Counted from the stretch's first letter, positions 39,460-51,483 are shown. The stretch is 64,000 nt of DNA from Marsupella aquatica (GCA_973895155.1 OZ316898.1:9762286-9826285); one strand, 5' to 3'. Translations and numbers: made by a program. Notes: generated by a model from the letters alone, not told the origin.

Positions 39460-40400
39460 ATGGCCTTATATTGCTTGAGCTTTTTGGTGGCATTTCTACA
39501 GGCCTGGAAGCTCTCCTACAGTCTGGCATGGTGGTGAAGCAGTACATCTATGTGGATATTGATCCAGGTGCAAGGCAAGTGGCTGAATCCCGTCTGCTGG
39601 AATTTTCAGAGCGATTTCCCCAACAGTTTCCACACAATGCATGGAAATCTGCATTTTCTTTCTTTCCTCCAGATATCCAGCTTGTCCAGCACCGGCACTT
39701 AACCCTTCTTGGCTCCCTTGATTTGATCATAGCTGGTTGGGAATGCCAAGGGTTTTCAGCTGCTGGTCACGGTGCTGGACTGCATGATTCTCGTTCTAGC
39801 CTTTTCACAGCATTGGTTCAGATTCTCACCTGGGCTCAATCCCTTTATCCTGCTGTTGGTTATATCATTGAGAATACTCCATCTCAATTTGACCAGCGTC
39901 CACAGGTCAAAGAGGATTTCAGTGTGGTCCAGCACTACTTGGGACCACCCCTTCTCATTGATGCAGTGCACTGTGGTTCTTATGCACATCGTCTTCGTAA
40001 CTTTTGGACTAACCTTGCACCACCTTCCTTGTTGGAGTTAGCTCTTCACCACACATCCAGGGACACTAACCTCACAGTGGACCAGATTTTGGATCCTGAC
40101 AGTTCTTGCCAACCAGTTACACGGCAAGAGCCAGCACCTTGGTTCCAGCCAATACCATTGGACAGCCCCGTGCTGCTTGGCCTACATTTGTATCCTTTCC
40201 AGGTGCACATGCCTTTCAGGGTGATGGTCCTGGCCTGGTTTATCAACATTCTACCGGTACTTGGGATGAACCTAGTCCTGAGGAGAGAGAACGGGCTATG
40301 GGCTTCCAATCCGGTACTATAGGTCACACCCAGATCACCAGGCTGGCCAGGAATGCTTTACTTGGCAGGGTAATGGATCTTAATGCTCTCACTTGGCTTC
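39460..40400 (+). other. DNMT3-like C5 cytosine methyltransferase domain within the polyprotein (1-bp frameshift at ~40146)
   Basis: Motif I LELFGGISTG, II YVDID, IV IIAGWECQGFS, VI IIENT, VIII IDA..SYAHRLRNFWTNL, IX ERERAMGF, X TRLARNALLGRVMD. Confidence 0.9.
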
Positions 40401-43400
40401 TGGTCACTTGCATCCTTTTTCAGATGTACATTCATCCAGCATCTGGAGTTCCAGCTCTACCACTCCATGGTGCTGCTACATGGCATCCCGACCAGGTGCA
40501 CTTACCTCTATTCAACACTCACCGCTTCAGTCCAAGTGTTGGGGGGGAGGAGGTCCCTTGTAATGTGGCTGATATTATTTTTGAGTTTCATGGTGTGGAC
40601 CAACCCAGATCAGCAGGTACAACAGGCCTTGGAGAGGCCTCATCACCTTATCAGCAGCATGCTAGCAGCTTGGACAGTGGTGAGGCTAGCACTTCTGGCT
40701 CTTCAAGTACGAGTACATCAGGTCCTATTCCTAGTGTTGCCAACTACACATTCATCATGGGCAACCACCTGAGTAAAAGACAGAAGGACCAGCTGCTGAA
40801 TTTGCTCCTCAAGCATGAGAATGTGTTTGCTTTCTCTATGAAGGACTTGGGTAAGTGCAAGACTATGCAGTTCTCCATTGAGTTGGCTGATGAAACACCT
40901 ATCTTCAGGCGGAGACACCGTTTGAGTAAGCATGAGTGGCAGCTGGTGGATGAGAGGTGCCAAGAGCTCTATGAAGCTGGTCTTATTCAGCCATCTACAT
41001 CAGATTTTGCAGCAGCTACAATGATGCCAACAAAGAAGGATTCCAGTGGATTGTGGACAGAGAAGAGCATGTGTGGGGACTACAGGCCACTGAACCTGGT
41101 CATACCCCAGGACAGGTACCCCATGCCACGGCCAGAGGAGCTATTTGACAGCATTGGAGACTCAGACATCTTCACTCTTGTGGATCTAAGGCAAGGCTTC
41201 AACCAGATTTTGCTGCTTGCAAAGGATCGCAAGAAAACAGCTTTCCATGGTAGTAACCAACTATGGGAGTGGTTGGTGATGCCATTTGGCTTGAAGAATG
41301 CGCCCATATTCTTTCAAAGAGTCATGGACCAGGTTCTTCAAGGTGCTGAGTTTCTGAAATGCTACATTGATGATGTGTTGGTCCACAGCAAAGGATTTGA
41401 CCAACATCTACTTGACCTTGAGGAGCTATTCATGAGGCTTAAGAAGGTGAACCTAAAGATACACCCCAAGAAGTGTGAATTTGCTGTCAGATCAGTAGTA
41501 TACCTTGGGCACCGCATTCTTCCAAATGGAACCATGGCTCACTGGGCCAAGGTGGTATCCATCTTGGAAATGCCCACTCCTACCGATGTTCACACTTTGA
41601 GGAGTTTTATTGGGTTGTGCAATTACTATCGGATCTACATCAAAGATTTCAACACCATTGCACACCCATTGTATGCTTTGTTGAAAAAGAATGTGACTTG
41701 GACATGGAGTACAGATGCTGAGGCAGCATTTGCCACTTTGAAGGAGAAGCTCTCAGAATACCCGGTGCTGAGAAGACCTGATTTCAGCAAGGTCTTTGTG
41801 CTCCACACAGATTGGAGTGCCCTTGGGATTGGTGCCATTCTGGGCCAGCATGATGAGGAAGGTAAAGAGTACGTCATTGCCCATGCATCCAGGAGCAACA
41901 ATCAGGCAGAGAGTCATTATTCTTCGTATGAGGGTGAATGCCTTGCTGTTGTGTGGGCTGTCATACATTACAGGCCCTACCTCTATGGGACCAGGTTTGT
42001 CCTCTACATCGACCACTAGCCCTTGAAGTGGTTGATGACCAACGACAAGCTTACTGGCAAGCTTGCTCGTTGGGCGCTCATACTCCAGGAGTATGATTTT
42101 GAGGTAATTCATAGGCCTGGTGTGACACATCAAAATGCTGACACTATGTCCCACAACCCTTTGATTGCCTCTGATGATTCCTCAGATACACGGCAGGATT
42201 TTGACCAGGTTTCCATCCTGCCTACATTTCATGCATCTACCTATCTTGCTTTGCTGCCATGCTACGTTGTTGACCAACCTGTGGTGGACATATGGGAGGA
42301 CAACGACACTCTGAGATTTTTGCGGCATGGGGAGTACCCCATACATGTTACTGCTGCCCAGAGAGACCGAATTCAGCAAAGGTCCAAGCGTTACTTGTGG
42401 AAGGGAGATCATCTCGTGCGCTGCTTGCCAGACAGGGAAGTGGTGGTTCCACCCATTCATGAGAGGGTTGGCCTTATCCGTAAGGTACATTCTGAGCTTG
42501 GTCATTTTGGCGTTAAGAGGACTTACAGCCTCTTGGTCCCTCATTATCATTGGAGAGGCATGCATGGCCAGGTTCGAGATGTTATTGCCCGGTGTGAACA
42601 GTGTGATAGGGCGAGGACTTCTTTCACATCTCGGCAACCCACACTTCATCCACTCCCTATTCAGGGCATGTTTTATCGCTGGTCATGTGATTTGGCTGGA
42701 GAATTACCCCTCACGTCTCGGGGTAATCTTTACATCATGATCATGATAGAGCATTTCTCCAAGTGGATAGAACTTGTGGCATTGCCGGATAAGACTCCCG
42801 TAGCACCAGCCAGGCATTCCTGCAACAAGTTCTTAGTCGCTTTGGAGCTTGTGCAGAATGTCTCACTGACCAGGGCTCAGAGTTTAGAGGAGAGTTCCAG
42901 GAGTTGCTTGATCAGGCCCTCATTGATCATCGCCGGACATCACGAGATCACCCACAGGCAGATGGCTTGGCAGAGCGCATGGTTCAGACATGCAAGAAGG
43001 GTCTCCAGAAGATTTGCCTCACCAAAAACAAGGAGGATTGGGACCTGGCCTTACCCTACATTGCCATGGGGTATAGGATGTCCAGACATGCATCACTGTC
43101 TAACTTTTCTCCCTACTTCTTGTTGTTTGGTCGTCACCCAGTTCCACCTTCTGCTATTGCTGCTCACATGCTTCAGGTGGTAGACTTGGATTCAACTGTG
43201 ACTTGGTCTGATGTGATCTCTGAGAGGGCTGCCCTATTCAGGAGGGTTATGCCCATGGCCATGGAGAATTTGGCCATCGCACAACACAGGGACACATTGC
43301 GTTATGCACACACACGAGGGGGCACTTTTCAGCCCAAGGTCAGGAAGTTTGAAGTGGGAGATTTTGTGTACTTGCAACGGCAAGCTAACGACACCCTGGA

Positions 43401-43577
43401 CACCTCTACCAGTCGTACTATTCTCAGGGTTAAAGCTATTCGACCGTCTGGAGTGCTAGAGTTACAAGGGGCAGATGGGCGCACAATTGCTGACAATGCC
43501 AAGAATTGCGCCCCTTGTCATCTGCCTAACCTGGATCCCACCATTGTGACTCCTACCTGGATTCCACCTGTGGACTA

Positions 43578-43725
43578 CCCTTGCAAAATGTGTTTGCAAA
43601 TTGATGATGCTGACCAGATGCTGCTGTGTGACAATTGCAATGGAGGGTACCATCTTTTCTGCCTTCGGCCTGAACTTACCCAGGTGCCAGAAGGGTTATG
43701 GTTTTGCCCTTCCTGTGCTCCACGT
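43578..43725 (+). other. PHD finger at the integrase C-terminus
   Basis: CKMC..DQMLLCDNCNGGYHLFCLRPELTQVPEGLWFCPSC, a canonical C4HC3 pattern. Confidence 0.92.
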
Positions 43726-44913
43726 GCTACCTGAATTTTCTTCAGCCCTCCTTTTGGCTGTGGTCTGGGGGGGATACAGAGGTTTACACCTCCACTACGT
43801 ACATACCACTTCATTTGCTTTTTCTTGGCACTTGTGAATGTGATTGAACTTTTTCTATGCATGTTGGTTGCTAGCAGCTTGCACATATGCCTTGCCGGTG
43901 ACTTGTATGTTTTTGATACACTATGGCTACGATACTATATGTCACGACAAAATGAGAGCTTAAGCTCAAGTTGGAGGGGCCTATTAATCAGGGGTCAACT
44001 AATGAAATTCATAGGATTCAGATGCGAATAAAATTAGATATATTCAAGTGATGTTAGCAAAAAAATTGAAGATTGTATATGCCTATTATTACCCATAATG
44101 CTTTGGTAACAGGATCTCAATTCAGTTGCCTGAGAGATTTTAATTGTGTACTCATTGATGATAATTATTTTTTGAGGGTTATCCTAGCACTCCTCTGAGA
44201 TTGTAATAACCTGGAGTGACCTCCCCATTGTGCTTAGTTAGCTTTGAACAAAGAAAGTGTGCTGCTAGTTTTTGTCTACAAATATGGATGTGTATTTGTG
44301 TAGTTTCGAAAGGTAAGGCCCATACTTGCTAAACTAACTACTGTACAGTCCCCAAAGGGTTGGGTTATAATCCCTGAGTTAGGGCATCCATTGGAAAGGG
44401 GTGCTTTGGTTCTAAACATCATTCTGTTGGTGCATGGCCATTCAGCCTCCTTGCGCTCTCTCCTTCTGGCACTCATTCTTTGGAAGAGCCTGTTTGATTG
44501 ATTTCTCAATTTGTTGGCAACTACAACAGAAGATTAGGTTGAACAATCTTAGCTCTATTAGTTACTAAGATTTGATATATTGACACATGTTCTGTCTGAA
44601 ATCACTAAAATGCCACACTTTCTTAGGGAACCATAATTCATCAAGTTTGGGGATAATCTATAGTAGAATTCACCATAAAGGTCTACTCACAGCTTATTCC
44701 ATAGACTAAAGTCATAAGTCATAGTTTCTTTGTTAACAGAAATTTTTAATGTTTAGATTATACTTATGAGTAATGGAACGTGCATGAGGAGTCTGGAACA
44801 AGGAGACATTCCTCTGCATACACATGGGTATTCACGCTATGAGAAAGTGCAACAATTCAATTCAGTGGTAATGGGGTGATGCCAATTGTTGTCTTGGTCG
44901 TGCATACAGCATC

Positions 44914-45336
44914 TGGTAGCCAAATTGTGATTATAGATCCAACCATGGTTACTTTAGATTGATCTCAGTTTAAAAAAAATGGTGTCCTAGGAAATTGCTA
45001 TGGTAGCCAAATTGTGATTATAGATCCAACCATGGCTAAGTTAGATTGATCCCGGTTATGAAATTGGCGTTCTAGGAAATTGCTATGGTAGCCAAATTGT
45101 GATTATAAATCCAACCATGGTTAAGTTAGATTGATCCCATCTATGAAAGTGGCGTTCTAGGAAATTGCTATGGGAGCAAATTGTGATTATAGGTCCAACC
45201 ATGGCTAAGTTAGATTGATCCCGGTTATGAAATTGACGTTCTAGGAAATTGCATATGGTAGGCAATTATGATTGTAGATCCATCCATGGTTGAGTTAGAT
45301 TGATCTCGGTTTAAAAAATTGGCGTTCTAGGAAATT
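44914..45336 (+). repeat. ~85-bp tandem repeat, 5 copies, upstream of ARL2
   Basis: Units start at 44914, 45001, 45086, 45171, 45256 (TGGTAGCCAAATTGTGATTATAGATCCAACCATGG...CTAGGAAATTGCTA). Confidence 0.93.
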
Positions 45337-45662
45337 CAAACAAAAAGTGTGGCAATATGAAACTTTGTGTCGTCCCTTCAGGTCGTTCGCCACTACAGCA
45401 GGTCGAAGCATTTCTCAAGCTTACACAAAGAAATCTGGGCTCTACTGAAAGCCTGTCTCGTTTTCGTTCGCTACTACATTGGGTTAAAGCATTTGTTCAA
45501 GTCTCAGCACATAAATCTTAGCTCCAATACAAGCGCTCTGTCTGCGCACGAGCATTCAGGAGTAGAGGACATGACTTCTTTCTGCGTAGGGGACTGGTGA
45601 GAAGTGCTGTGTAGATCTGTCAGTGAAGTTCTGCAGATTGGATTCGAGGGAGATATTGAGCA

Positions 45663-47702
45663 ATGGGGCTGTTGTCGATCATTCGAAAGGTGAAGCGCAA
45701 GGAGAAAGAGATGCGCATTCTCATGGTGTACGTTGCAGCCCTCATTTCTTTGTTGTTTTTGTTTTGCCCCTCCTATTCGCATTCCTTTCGATACTTTTTG
45801 CGGCTGGCCCGTCCATGCATCCATTCGTCCTCAACCATTACCCTGGGAGTGAGTGACTTGAATTGCATTGGAGGTTGTAGAGCTCACAGGTCTCAAATAG
45901 GCTTGGATTAGGAATTGCACAAAGGCGGCACCGGCTTGCATTAAGAATCTCGTTTTCTGTCCTTTGGCAGTTAGGTTAGGGTTGCAAATCTATTCTCTCA
46001 CTCTCCAACTGAGTGAGTTTCAATGTGTTATGGCTTTCTGAAATCCCCAAAAGTTCGTTTACTCTGAATCGGTCCAATGTTCTGTTCCTCGTATGATCAA
46101 ATTAAAATTTTGAAAAAAAGTTCTTCAGGGGAGAAATTTGCATCACGTCGGGGAAGAGTAGGAATTGGACGAAAGGAGTGCCTCTGAGGGTAGAATTGGA
46201 ATTTGCAGAAGGGATATGCGGGCTTCGCTGATAGGCAAAATTTTGGACAATGCAGAGGTCTGGACAATGCCGGAAAGACTACAATAGTCAAAAGAATAAA
46301 TGGTGAAGATACGAGTGGGATAAGTCCTACTTTGGGATTCAACATTAAGACCATGCAATACGAGAGGTTAGACAACCTCACCCGGATTCTTTCACTATTC
46401 ATGTCATGTTCAAAGCTATCCGCTTTTGATGTCTCTTTCTGTAAAGTAAACTGCTTGTGTATGGCCAAGAAATTCGAAGTAAGCAAATTGTGTGAGGGAC
46501 CTTTCTGGACTTGAGCTGCAATGTGGGTTGGATCTTTGGCAGCTATCGTCTGAACATCTGGGATGTTGGAGGCCAAAAGACTCTACGGGCTTACTGGAGG
46601 AATTACTATGAGCAAACAGACGGCTTGATATGGGTTGTGGACAGCTCTGACCTTCGCCGTTTAGAAGACTGTCGGCAGGAGCTTAGTGGACTTCTCCAGG
46701 AAGAGGTCTGACGCTTGCCTTGCAACAGGGTTTACGTTTCGCTTACTTAGGGGCTAACTCGGATCTTAGGTTTTAACTGTCTGAGTGAGAACTTCTTAAT
46801 GAACACAGTAAATCGTTTTTATTATGATCTACCTTGCTCGAATTAACTCGGACCTAGGGCTTAAGTCTCTGAGTGAGAACTTGTCAATGAACACAATAAA
46901 TCTGTTTTATATGCATCTATGTTACTCGAAACCTAGCTCATCGCACAGGCAGCTTTGGTGAGGTTTCATTAGGAAACTTGTTGAATCGCCAAGGCCAACT
47001 TGTTGGGATACTGAGGTTGGTGTTTGGTTTTCTGCGCTTCATATTCATGGCCTGGGATCCTGTGTGGGATGAGAGTCAGTTGATGCTAATGCCAAATGTC
47101 GCGCAGAAATTGCTCGGATCTTCCTTACTGATCTTTGCCAACAAACAAGATCTCAAGGGCTCTCTGAATCCCGAAGCGATTGCAAAGGTTAGTGAACATC
47201 TTCAGCACGGAGTTGGGGGACTAATCTGCTTCATTACATGATAGTTGGTGCCCATCAAGACTAGGAGAATTAAAGTGGAGTGTCTCAGAAGTGAGAATAA
47301 CCGAATCTTTCTGATTACTGTCCACGTGCAAATCGTCTCAAGTAAACTCTCGAGGTGTTCTGTAATTACTCCAACTTATTAGCATTACCAATTTAAAACC
47401 ATATTGTCCTTTCATGCATAGCATGGTCAGTAGACTAGTAGCTGTATTGGTACAGGATCATAAGTAGAATTCGACTCACCTGACTGCTTCCCATATGAAC
47501 AGAGCTAATTTCTTCGCTGCGTGCTCTTATTTCTAAAGTTCTTCTGATTCGTAACTCACGACAGGTGCTGAATCTTGAAGCGATGGATAATAGTCGAAAC
47601 TGGAAAATTGTTGGCTGCAGTGCTATGACAGGCGACGGACTCCTACAGGGATTTGATTGGCTAGTTTCAGACATTAGCTCTCGAATCTATATGCTTCAAT
47701 GA
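45663..47702 (+). CDS. ARL2: ADP-ribosylation factor-like GTPase 2 (TITAN5)
   Basis: Five GT-AG exons: [22 protein letters not shown]|[19 protein letters not shown]|[10 protein letters not shown]|FANKQD|[16 protein letters not shown]. Confidence 0.95.
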
Positions 47703-48599
47703 CATTTTCTCTTGTCCTGTTGGAGGTTGATAAAAATGACGTTCCGAGGTTAGGTAGTATTAGCTGGAAGTGCGAATATGAACTAGGCCCACTACGAAAG
47801 TGCGTTCCACTGGGTGGTGAGTTTACTCGCGGGAGTAAGATTCTTCATGTGTGAAGGGCTTTTGGCTTCCTGCTTGCTAGACGACATATGCGTGTTGTAG
47901 GGTCCCTCAACTCCCCTTGCATGTTCCAAGCTCCGTAAATTTTATCCCAGGTCGATGCCGGGCCAAGCCAAGCTACAGTAGTTACTTGTATATAACAGAT
48001 TCTGGTTCATGAGGACAAATGTATCACTGAAATAGAGAAAACAATTCAAAAGATCGAGCCTACATTGGGCACTTTGATGAGATACAGTGGAAGGTAACTA
48101 TTCTTCCATCAAGATGGAGTAGATTCCAGTGTTGTTGTGTGATGGATCTGGACCGAGAATGGAGTTTGGGAGTGATAAGCACAATGGGAAATGAAGTTTG
48201 AAAGTGTCAATCATTTGATCAGTTTGAATATCAGGAGTTACAGTAGGGTGAGGGGTGAATGAGGGTTGCTTTACAAGAACTGGGCAAGCTTTTTTCCTTT
48301 CTGTGTCTGAGATGCAATCCTAGCCATTCAACTGTGGGAATAGACCACACTCCACTTTACAAGAACTGTGTGGCAACCCCCTTCTCTTTTACTGTGAATG
48401 GAAACACACTGAATGGCTCTTGCGGACTTGTAAAGCCCCAGCCCCCCTCATACTTGCATATGAACCCACTAGTGGAAACTTGTGTTCCAAATGGAAGTCA
48501 AAGCTTGCCAAGAAGTGTACCCAAGGGCGAACCCAACAAGGGGAAATTTACTGAGACACTAAAAAGATTTGTTGGTTAAAATATAGGATTATCATTCCC

Positions 48600-49500
48600 A
48601 ATCACAGTCTGAGTGGTATCCTGCCCGTTTGAAGTTCTGCCTGGGAGCCTTCAGGTCTGGAATTCCATACTTTTGCGGAGGAGCTTTGGAGTTCAGCGCT
48701 TCTGTGCCTGAGATGCAAGTAGAAACCTCAGGGTTTTTTGCAGTGAAAAATTATCTAACTCTCTCCAGGGTAGGAAATCAGGGTGGGAGCCAAGGTTCTT
48801 GCACTGGCGTTTTTTGTTCATGCGGTGATAACAATTGCATGTGCCCATAATGTGCCAAAAAGTGCACATTGTGAGGAACACCTTGCCTGAACACATTATT
48901 GACAATCATTTTGTTTTCCCTTTTTGAGAGACTTATTATGGTTCAAAGCAAATTTTGACACTACTATACTATATGGCCAATCCACCTTTCAAAGTTTTGT
49001 TTTACTAAGAATTTTTGTCATGTATTTTATTTCAATGCACCATAACAAGGTGCATCACTTGTATAATTTAGATTTTAGATTACTTTGGCACCCCTCTAGT
49101 GTTGTCAATCTTCCTATGCTAGAGCTACCCTTCCCTACCATATTTAGATTTGAATACAATGCATTCACCCCCTTCAGCAGATTTCCTGGAATCTTTGCCA
49201 ATTCTATTGAATGAGAGAGAGGATTGATACTTTGAGATGTGGACACCTTTTGCTTTAAGTACTCCTCAAACTTTTATTTGCTAAGCTTATGGTTTTTATT
49301 GTCAATGCCTAAAGTAGTGGAGGATCCTTACCTTATGTCACAATTTTTTATTGATTTGAGTGTCATTAAAGTAAGTCAGAATCTACCTTATATCTCGCCT
49401 TATGTGCCCAACTTTTCAATACTTGTGCACTTCTACTTTTCCTGGTCATTATGTAACATGTATTTTCATTTGGCATGTGCTGTATTTTTCCCACTCAATC
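48600..49500 (-). mobile_element. Possible heavily decayed LINE-like RT remnant
   Basis: Only faint RVDW-like and QGxPL-like traces on the minus strand; no intact ORF. Confidence 0.25.
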
Positions 49501-51068
49501 CTATCAAATAGTATGCAATATTCATTTACACATCACTACAAGACAAATATGAAGCATGTTCCAGGATGAACATGCTATAATGGTTCAAAATTCTGGCCAG
49601 TCAAAGTACAATGCTCCATTATTTTTGGCTTTTAGTATCTATTTAAAGAGACATGACTTTGTGGTAGTTCACTTGAGTAGAGACTGATAGGTCTTGGGCT
49701 CAACTATTGTGGTTGACTCTTCCCTTTCTGTGGAGTTTCACAGATTTCCCCTTAAAAAAAATTCAAAAAGAAGAAGAAGAAGAAGAAAAAAAAAAAAGGT
49801 TTCCTTTGTGGCCTTATGCTTATTTTCTTTTGTGGTTTTCCTTTGTGGCCCTCTGCTTATTGCTTTCAAGGTGATCTGTCTTTGGGATCACATCTCCCAC
49901 ATGGGCCCTTTCTGTTTTTGGGCAGTGTGATATCTATCTTCATTCTGGAAACTTGAAAACACTATCCTCACTCTAAGGCCAAGAAAATTATCATTATCAC
50001 TGGAATGCTAATGGACAGTCAAACTGAAACAACTATTTCCAAAAAAAGTGGCATGTTATAAGCAGGATCAATAAATTTTGTTCTTTTTTGTTTAGATGGA
50101 AAATTGGAACTGTACATTTTGAGTGGAAGTGTAAAAAATGTGGAGCTATACTGAAACCTAAACCCCTCATGTATTTATTTTTGTGTATTTCTGTAGCAGG
50201 TTATGAGGCATTACCCTCAGGGAGAGCGATAGAACCCTTGTGCTAGCCTGACCTGGGGATTTTCAAATTTGAATGAGAATATAGGTAAGGCGCAAGTGGC
50301 AAACAATGGCAGATAACAGTTTTGCAGTATAAAAGTGAGATGAATATTTCAAATATTCACCTTGAAATTCACTTGGGGCTTATGTTGGATAACTCATCCC
50401 CACTTGGCAATAATGGGCTGTAAGCTCTGGGGGATTATATCCCAATCCTCCCACTTGAGGATTGGTTTAGGGTTTAGGCTACACAATTTTTGAACAATTG
50501 ATGCCACCTGTTTGTCCTGGTTGAAGGGTATCCATGGAAACCTCACAAAAAGTGATTCATTCCTCATAGCAAACAAGATAATGCCACATCTCCTTCCTGG
50601 TTGCAAGCACATCCATGGAAATATTGCTTCTCTACACTGTACTGTAAAAATTGAAAATCTTGCCAACAAGAAAGTGCCATGTGTGTGCCCTGAGCTATGG
50701 GCTTCCATTAGAAAGAACTGTTTTTAAATACATTGCCACTAAAAGTTGTCCAGTGTTGTTTTAGTATGTAAAATACTATCCTGAGTTTTGGATATGGTTA
50801 TCTTGGTGAATTAGTTGTTCAAGCAACCTTGTGTGTAGTATTGTAAATGCAGTGTAAAACATTAGCAATATATAAATACTAAAAAGGTATTGAGAAATTT
50901 GTTCTCCATTGCATTGGGGAATAACTTGTCAAAAACAATGTCTCACCTTAGCTGAGCTGGACCAAGTCAAGCCAATCCACGCTTATGATATGTATAGATC
51001 AGTGATGATGTGTAGGGTAACCCATGGCCCCAAGGAGGTTAATATCCTAAATTCCCAAGGGGTTTACA

Positions 51069-51483
51069 TGTTGGGGATAATCCTTGTCCTGAGACACCAT
51101 GCTCATGTGAACATCATACAAAGTAGTCGACACAACGAATACGTGGTTCACCTCATGATTGAGGTTACATCCATGGGAAAGCAAGAGAACTTTACTTCTC
51201 TCTTGCTCCACTCCAACAACCATGCACATGTGAACACCATACAAAGTAGTTGACACAACGAGTACGTGGTTCACCTCATGCCTGACGCTACGTCCACTGG
51301 AAAGCAAGAGACCTTTACTTCTCTCTTGCTCCACTCCAACAATGAATTGAAGATTCACCAGGGGCTGGCATCAGCCTTGGTTATATACAACATGCATCAC
51401 TGCTAACCTCAGCTAAGTCCTAACCTGAGTTAGCCTAATTGTGGTTAGCCCTAGAGTCACAAGACTAAGAGCAATACTCAACA
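51069..51483 (-). mobile_element. Diverged solo LTR of the same copia group, with an internal 123-bp duplication
   Basis: Minus-strand TGTTGAG...CAACA termini; perfect TSD TTACA (51064-51068 / 51484-51488); contains GTGGACGTAGC..GAGGTGAACCACGTA as in the 2180 LTR. Confidence 0.82.

Larger units (their letters stand above)
35709..43734 (+). pseudogene. Gag-PR-MTase-RT-RNaseH-IN-PHD polyprotein (one ancestral frame; 4 stops, 2 frameshifts, 1 MITE insertion)
   Basis: ATG at 35709; Gag with two CCHC knuckles (CNYCGNPNHKANDC, CDFCGKVGHLEAVC); PR MLDTGA (~38799); RT VMPFGLKNAP/YIDD; RH HTDWS..EGECLAVVWA..DH*PL; IN HSELGH..CEQC, CDLAG, TDQG, GLAER. Confidence 0.9.
33781..43949 (+). mobile_element. 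Ty3/gypsy-type retroelement carrying a DNMT3-like cytosine methyltransferase and a PHD finger; no LTR pair detected
   Basis: Termini TGTCATG...CACGACA; 4-bp flanking duplication AAAT (33777-33780 / 43950-43953); gypsy domain order PR-RT-RH-IN with the MTase between PR and RT. Confidence 0.88.

Noticed and set aside
40140-40150. Programmed ribosomal frameshift within the MTase
   Set aside because: No slippery heptamer; it splits a catalytic domain and is best explained by a 1-bp deletion (TGG TTC [C]CA GCC).
38334-40322. Stand-alone host DNMT3 gene or bacterial restriction-modification methylase
   Set aside because: It is in frame with the retroviral-type protease and, after a 1-bp frameshift, with RT; no introns and no nuclease partner.
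33781-43949. DIRS/tyrosine-recombinase element as an explanation for the missing LTRs
   Set aside because: It encodes a DDE integrase and an aspartic protease, has an apparent TSD, and shows no tyrosine recombinase motifs.
46755-46930. ~89-bp duplication in an ARL2 intron as possible snoRNAs
   Set aside because: No convincing C/D or H/ACA box arrangement; looks like a simple local duplication.
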